Positions 30,299 through 35,083 of a stretch of DNA of 35,083 bases are shown one piece after another. The position numbers and the translations under genes are program-made. The stretch lies in the NCBI GenBank assembly GCA_023264495.1, contig JAHFMM010000004.1, positions 1 to 35,083 of the forward strand, read 5' to 3'. Below the pieces are notes generated by a model. It was not told where the DNA came from. It ran no database searches and saw nothing but the letters and a program-made list of their open reading frames with translations. The stretch comes from a bacterium. Lineage in GTDB: Bacteria; Patescibacteriota; Minisyncoccia; Phycocordibacterales; Phycocordibacteraceae. How positions within the stretch are numbered: position 1 is the first letter of the stretch; the number at the start of each line of letters is the position of its first letter.

Positions 30299-30781
30299 CT
30301 AAGCGACTTTATCGATCGTGTAGGTCTGCTTGCCAGCGGGAGTCTCGAAGGTAAAGACATCGCCCTTCTTCTTCCCTATGAGTGCCGCACCAAGCGGTGA
30401 GACATGCGAGAGTTTCTTCACGCGCATATCAGCCTCCTCGCTCCCCACGATCGTGTATTCGTGCACCTCGCTACTTCCCTCCTTCTTGATCGATACCTTT
30501 GAGCCGAAACCGATTTCACTCTTCTTCTTGCTGTCGGTAAACACCTTCGTGTGTCGCACGAATTCTTCAAGCTTCTTGATACGTTCTTCGGTCGCTGACT
30601 GGAGATCGCGCGCCTCCTGATATTCTGCATTCTCTGAGAGATCGCCGAGCGAACGGGCGTATTCTAGATTCTTCGCGATCTCGGTCCGCCGCACCGTCTT
30701 CAGATGCTCGAGCTCTTTTACCATTTCATCGAACTTCTCCTGCGAGACGATATCTTCCTGAGGTGCATTGAGCGTGGTCAT
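30299..30781 (-). CDS. greA: transcription elongation factor GreA
   Basis: Coiled-coil N-domain (EKFDEMVKELEHLKTVRRTEIAKNLEYARSLGDLSENAEYQEARD) and C-terminal globular domain (VSPLGAALIGKKKGD). Started at ATG 30781; the ORF-track start 30811 is a TTG adding 10 aa. Confidence 0.88.
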   Translation of the reverse strand: MTTLNAPQEDIVSQEKFDEMVKELEHLKTVRRTEIAKNLEYARSLGDLSENAEYQEARDLQSATEERIKKLEEFVRHTKVFTDSKKKSEIGFGSKVSIKKEGSSEVHEYTIVGSEEADMRVKKLSHVSPLGAALIGKKKGDVFTFETPAGKQTYTIDKVA

Positions 30782-30832
30782 AATGCCCGCATTGTACGTG
30801 CTCCACCTCAACTTGCAAGTACTCTCTGGAAC

Positions 30833-32503
30833 CTACAAGTCGCCGACATATGGGGAGGTGTCGGCGTAGAGAGCGTCAAAAAGGTCGCGCATCACGTTCA
30901 CCGCCTGTTCGCCGGTGCCTGAAGGGCCGCGCTCGAGGACAACGGCAAAAGCGTATTTGGGATGATCGTAGGGGAAGAATCCCTCGACCCACGAATTGTC
31001 ATATTGATTCCGCACGCCTGTCTGCGCGGTACCAGTCTTTGCCGCGACACGTACGTACGGGAGATTAATCGCACCTGCAAGCGCATCGGTGACACCCATC
31101 CGCATCCCCGCACGCACGGTCGCGAGGGCCGCAGAAGCAACCGGCACGTTCGTATAGAGCGGCGTTTGATTCGCAAAGAGGGTCGGCGTGAAGAGCTTCC
31201 CTCCGTTTGCAATCGCCGCGATCGCACACGCCATCTGTATCGGCGTCACCTGTACCGAATACTGCCCGATAGCGGTGAAGTAAGTGTCGCCGAGATACCA
31301 AGACTCATTAAATACTGACTTCTTCCATGCGGGGTCCGGGATAAGGCCGCTCGCCTCCCCTGAGAGATCGATGCCAGTCGTCGTGCCGAGACCAAAGGCG
31401 CGATACCAATATTCGAGCCGATCGATGCCAAGGCCTTTTTGATCCTCAAAGCCGCCGCCGAGAGTATAGAAGAATACGTCGGACGACCATGCAATCGCCT
31501 TCTTCACATCGACCGGTCCAAGCGCCCGCCACCCCGTATACACGAATTCTTTCCCCGGATGATACGGATCCGGGATCGAGAGTCGGCCATGATCGTTGAT
31601 GACGGTGTTTGCCGTGATGAGGCCATCGGTGAGCGCTCCAGCCGCAACGAACGGCTTCACGATTGACCCGGGAGCATATACGCCCTGCACGGCATGATTC
31701 AAGAAGGTGTGGCCGGGGTCGGTATGGTAAGCGGCGATAGTCGAAGCGGGACCGCCGCTCGACATGACATTTGCATCATAGTTCGGATACGAGACCATGG
31801 CATTCACGGCTCCCGTCTCGACATCCATAATGACTCCCGCACCCGCGATAAAATGCTTCCCTTCGACAATAGCGGCAAGCGCTTGCGCAAAGCGTTTTTC
31901 GAGATTCGCATCAATCGACAACTGAAGCGTCTTCCCTGGCTTAGCCGCGACAACCACCCCCTCAGAACGGACATTCCCCAGAGCATCCATCTCGGTGAGG
32001 ATCTGTCCATTGGTGCCGGTGAGAATATCATTATATTCGGCTTCGAGGCCGGTTACGCCTTTCTCGCTCGTGTCGTAATACACGCCATGCATATCTTTCT
32101 TCGGATATGACACATACCCGATGATGTGGCTCAACGCAGGGAGCGTATAGATGCGTTCAACACTCCCGTCTTCTTTCTCCCTATTCTCAGCCAGCACGAC
32201 GCCGTTCGTATCTGTAATAATCCCGCGCGGGGCAAAAAGGGGTACGACCGTAAGACTGTTATGCGCGCTTTGCGCGGCATAGAAAGCTCCATTGCTAATC
32301 TCGAGATTCCACGACCGAGCGATGAGAATGAGGAAAAGGACGCAAACGGCACCGACAGTTACCAGGAATGTCGATGCGGCGAGCGGCTTCTCGATCCGCC
32401 CTTCAAAACGCGTCCGATCGAAGGCGGGAGCATTCGACACGTCAAGAAATATCTCATCGGGAGCTATCTCCTGATCACGCCTCCGTGTGCCGCGCCACAT
32501 CAT
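30833..32503 (-). CDS. mrdA: class B penicillin-binding protein 2 (elongation transpeptidase)
   Basis: N-terminal TM; SxxK (GSIVKPF), SxD/N (SSDVFF), KTG (AKTGTAQ). Immediately downstream of mreBC and the MreD-like gene. Confidence 0.85.
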   Translation of the reverse strand: MMWRGTRRRDQEIAPDEIFLDVSNAPAFDRTRFEGRIEKPLAASTFLVTVGAVCVLFLILIARSWNLEISNGAFYAAQSAHNSLTVVPLFAPRGIITDTNGVVLAENREKEDGSVERIYTLPALSHIIGYVSYPKKDMHGVYYDTSEKGVTGLEAEYNDILTGTNGQILTEMDALGNVRSEGVVVAAKPGKTLQLSIDANLEKRFAQALAAIVEGKHFIAGAGVIMDVETGAVNAMVSYPNYDANVMSSGGPASTIAAYHTDPGHTFLNHAVQGVYAPGSIVKPFVAAGALTDGLITANTVINDHGRLSIPDPYHPGKEFVYTGWRALGPVDVKKAIAWSSDVFFYTLGGGFEDQKGLGIDRLEYWYRAFGLGTTTGIDLSGEASGLIPDPAWKKSVFNESWYLGDTYFTAIGQYSVQVTPIQMACAIAAIANGGKLFTPTLFANQTPLYTNVPVASAALATVRAGMRMGVTDALAGAINLPYVRVAAKTGTAQTGVRNQYDNSWVEGFFPYDHPKYAFAVVLERGPSGTGEQAVNVMRDLFDALYADTSPYVGDL

Positions 32504-32757
32504 TCTCCAATACTATCCGTCTTCAACCGGCTCCGCACGAGAAACGCGACCATGGTCGCCGCGCCACCCGCGATCGTCCCGATCGGCAACCATCCTGTCT
32601 GCGGCACATAATACAAAGCATCGATGCAGAGCCCGGTTGCGAGCGGCACGAGCGGCTCGAAGAGTGCCATACCGAGCGCCACGAGCGCCACGAACGGCCA
32701 CGGGAAAAACAGCGGGGAGAGAAGCGCCGCACCAACCCCAAGTCCGCGCGCGATCAT
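32500..32757 (-). CDS. small polytopic membrane protein, MreD-like by position only (85 aa)
   Basis: Hydrophobic 85-aa ORF with 4-nt overlaps to mreC and PBP2. It is much shorter than typical MreD, so the call is positional. Confidence 0.4.
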   Translation of the reverse strand: MIARGLGVGAALLSPLFFPWPFVALVALGMALFEPLVPLATGLCIDALYYVPQTGWLPIGTIAGGAATMVAFLVRSRLKTDSIGE

Positions 32758-33587
32758 AACGCTGTCGAAGTCGCGATCGTCATCGGCACAATACCCGTCA
32801 TCCGGAGCGCAACGATCGATACTGAAAAGAGATTTGTCGCGGACACGATACTCACGGTTATGTTTGGCGATGACGGATCGCTCTCGACTCGAGCGACCTT
32901 GCCGATCGGGAGCATCCCTGGTCCCGGGACAAATACCGGATCGCCGACTGCGACCGCTGCGTCTCGAGCGACTGCCGCCCGCAACACTCCTCCTCCGGCG
33001 CCGGAGAGCGTAATCGGCACGTTCTTATCTCCGATCCATCCCCGTGTCTGGACGCCCGGTGCGGAGAAGAGCGTGATGCTCGAGAACGAGGCAGAGACAG
33101 CCGAAACGATACCGACCGGCGCTCCCCCGGGACCAAATGCTTCCATCCCGATCATGACTCCCTCCTGCTTCCCTGCGGCTACCAGGAATGTGTCGTACGG
33201 GTTCTCAGGAGGGTGCGCGGCGACACTGGCGAGGATGGCGACGCTCTTCTGAGCTCCTGAGGCGCCTAGAAGGGATGTGAGTGAATCGACTTGCTTCTGT
33301 AACGCCGCATTTTCTACTGCGAGAGCGTCTTTCTCATTTGCCAAGATCTCATTCTGCCGGACGCGTGCCGCCGAATCTGCAAATGCATTTGACACGCCCC
33401 GGCTCACGGCCGCTGCCGAGTCTGATGCCCGGAATACCGGTGCAAGCAGGCTGAAGGTGGCGTCAGGAACGAAGAAGCGTGCTCCTGCGAGCAAAAGCGC
33501 CGCCGCAAGGGCGAACATGCCCCATGAGATACCGCGCACAGTGAGGAGCGTATTACGCTTCGCTAAAAATGTCTTCTTCATCGACAA
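32754..33587 (-). CDS. mreC: rod shape-determining protein MreC
   Basis: N-terminal TM, coiled coil (NEILANEKDALAVENAALQKQVDSL), Gly/Val-rich beta C-terminal half, position after mreB. The start overlaps the mreB end by 29-35 nt, so it is uncertain. Confidence 0.8.
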   Translation of the reverse strand: MSMKKTFLAKRNTLLTVRGISWGMFALAAALLLAGARFFVPDATFSLLAPVFRASDSAAAVSRGVSNAFADSAARVRQNEILANEKDALAVENAALQKQVDSLTSLLGASGAQKSVAILASVAAHPPENPYDTFLVAAGKQEGVMIGMEAFGPGGAPVGIVSAVSASFSSITLFSAPGVQTRGWIGDKNVPITLSGAGGGVLRAAVARDAAVAVGDPVFVPGPGMLPIGKVARVESDPSSPNITVSIVSATNLFSVSIVALRMTGIVPMTIATSTAL

Positions 33588-34605
33588 AAAATTCTGCGTA
33601 CGGCCCTGGATTCTCGGTTACGATGCCGGCGCCGCGCACGACCGCCGTGAGCGGATCGGGAGCGACCCGCACCGGGACGCCGAGCATCTTCGCAAGCATC
33701 TGCGGTAACCCGCGCAAGAGCGCGCCGCCACCGAAGACGGTCACGCCATACTCAAGCACATCGGAGAGCAATTCTGGCGGTGTCGACTCGATAACCTCTT
33801 TCATCGCATCCATAAGCGGATCGAGCGAGGGGGTGAGCGCTTCGCGCACGTGGCTGTCGGTCAGGATGATCTCGCGCGGGAGCCCGGTGGCATAATCACG
33901 CCCGCGCACGCTGCGCGAGAGGCCTTCAGAGAGCGGTGCGACCGAACCGATGCTGATCTTAACGTCTTCGGCGGTTCGCTCCCCGATGCCGAGCTTGAAC
34001 TCGCTGCGGACAAAATCGATGATGTTCTCGTTGAACCGGTCGCCGGCGACATGCGAACTCTTCGATGCGACAACACCCTTGAGCGCGATGACAGCGATGT
34101 CGGTCGTGCCGCCGCCGATGTCGAGCACCATCGTCCCGACCGCATCGAACACCGGCAACTTCGCGCCGATTGCTCCCGCGACCGGTTCTTCGAGGATGAT
34201 CGCCTCGCGGGCGCCGGCGGTCTTCGCCGCATCGCGTACCGCGCGGCTCTGCACATTGGTCACGCCGGTCGGCACGCCGATTACGACACGCGGACCGAAG
34301 AACTTGGTCCGGCCGCTCTGCGCCTTCTGGATGAGATAGGTAAGCAGCTCTTCGGTCACTTCGAAGTCGGAGATGACGCCGTGCGAGAGCGGGCGCACGG
34401 CGCGAATATGGCCGGGGGTCTTGCCAAGCATCGTCTTCGCCTCCTTCCCTACCGCCACGACTTGATTCGTCTTATCGTTGACCGCAACGACTGACGGCTC
34501 ATTGAGCACGATGCCGCGGCCGCGCACATAGACGAGCGTGTTCGCCGTCCCGAGATCGATCGCAATGTCGCTGCTGAAGAGGAGATCGGTGAAAAATTTC
34601 GACAT
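33553..34605 (-). CDS. mreB: rod shape-determining protein MreB (actin-like ATPase)
   Basis: DIAIDLGTANTLVYVRGRGIVLNEPSVVA, VIGVPTGVT, MVLDIGGGTTDIAV motifs. Confidence 0.93.
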   Translation of the reverse strand: MSKFFTDLLFSSDIAIDLGTANTLVYVRGRGIVLNEPSVVAVNDKTNQVVAVGKEAKTMLGKTPGHIRAVRPLSHGVISDFEVTEELLTYLIQKAQSGRTKFFGPRVVIGVPTGVTNVQSRAVRDAAKTAGAREAIILEEPVAGAIGAKLPVFDAVGTMVLDIGGGTTDIAVIALKGVVASKSSHVAGDRFNENIIDFVRSEFKLGIGERTAEDVKISIGSVAPLSEGLSRSVRGRDYATGLPREIILTDSHVREALTPSLDPLMDAMKEVIESTPPELLSDVLEYGVTVFGGGALLRGLPQMLAKMLGVPVRVAPDPLTAVVRGAGIVTENPGPYAEFFVDEEDIFSEA

Positions 34606-34608
34606 ACG

Positions 34609-35083
34609 CTATATACCGAGTATCTCTGTGCGAGACTTCTTCGTCATCATCCCGGTCGCACGTTCAACAACCTCGAACGCGTCATTCGCAACAGCGTCTT
34701 TACCGACCACGATACGGAACGGGATGCCGAGCAGATCGCTCTCGGCAAACTTCTCGCCCGCACGCAGATCGCGATCGTCATAGAGCACCTCGACGCCCTT
34801 CTTCGCGAGCGCGTCATAGAGCGCATCGGCTGCTTTGGCGATGTCGTCACTATTGTGTCCCGAGCCCTGCCTGCCGGCAGACAGGGAGACGAGATGATAG
34901 GTAAACGGCGCCACACTTCCGGGCCACACGAGCCCCTTCTCGTCAGCGAGCTTCTCAACAATGACTCCCATGAGCCGTGATGTGCCAAACCCGTAACACC
35001 CGACAATTGGATATTGTTCATTGCCTTCCGCATCTTTATACGTAAAACCGAAAGCTTTGGGGTATTTCTGTCCGAGATCGAAC
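34609..35083 (-). CDS. proS: proline--tRNA ligase, C-terminal part (5' end outside the window)
   Basis: The frame is open to the right edge: FDLGQKYPKAFGFTYKDAEGNEQYPIVGCYGFGTSRLMGVIVEKLADEKGLVWP (class II motif 3 region), followed by an HGTP-type anticodon-binding domain (LYDDRDLRAGEKFAESDLLGIPFRIVVG). Confidence 0.8.
   Translation of the reverse strand, partial: FDLGQKYPKAFGFTYKDAEGNEQYPIVGCYGFGTSRLMGVIVEKLADEKGLVWPGSVAPFTYHLVSLSAGRQGSGHNSDDIAKAADALYDALAKKGVEVLYDDRDLRAGEKFAESDLLGIPFRIVVGKDAVANDAFEVVERATGMMTKKSRTEILGI

Noticed and set aside
1-35083. Alternative genetic code (UGA read as an amino acid, as in some candidate phyla).
   Set aside because: TGA terminates well-conserved genes at the expected protein length, for example mraZ at 27511..27509 and M19-like paralog 1 at 20124..20122. 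No conserved gene needs read-through of an in-frame TGA.

Overview
This 35 kb chromosomal segment is almost entirely coded on the minus strand. About 30 co-directional genes are packed tightly, many with 1-4 nt stop/start overlaps, and only one convincing gene lies on the plus strand. TGA ends well-conserved genes such as mraZ, so the genetic code is standard.

Gene order in the direction of transcription (right to left):
- proS (partial)-mreB-mreC-small MreD-like membrane protein-PBP2, then greA and lysS.
- An orphan plus-strand gene that converges on lysS.
- mraZ-rsmH-ftsL-like-ftsI-murF.
- An 8.3 kb block of non-cell-wall genes: trpS, two tandem divergent M19-dipeptidase-like paralogs, aspS, pepA, scpA, scpB.
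- DD-carboxypeptidase-mraY-ftsW-murG-gltX-M23 peptidase.

The leftmost ~9 kb looks accessory. It holds a 1,863-aa ORF with one PEP-synthase/rifampin-phosphotransferase-type ATP-grasp head followed by four [variable domain + phosphohistidine swivel] modules and no TIM barrel. It also holds a truncated RhuM-family gene with two small upstream ORFs, a histidine phosphatase, a long FGase-family hydrolase and a partial gene.

The short GluRS, archaeal-type AspRS, split dcw cluster and one-strand gene packing are what I would expect from a reduced-genome (CPR/Patescibacteria-like) bacterium. That is inference only.

Main second-look items:
- the multi-swivel giant protein;
- the near-identical nucleotide tracts closing each of its modules;
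- its three compositional zones;
- a perfect 49-nt palindrome inside trpS;
- the M19-like pair that lacks canonical metal ligands;
- phased GTGGG boxes around the mraZ promoter.

I saw no tRNA, rRNA, CRISPR array, transposase or integrase. All family calls rest on motifs read from the translations, with no database search.
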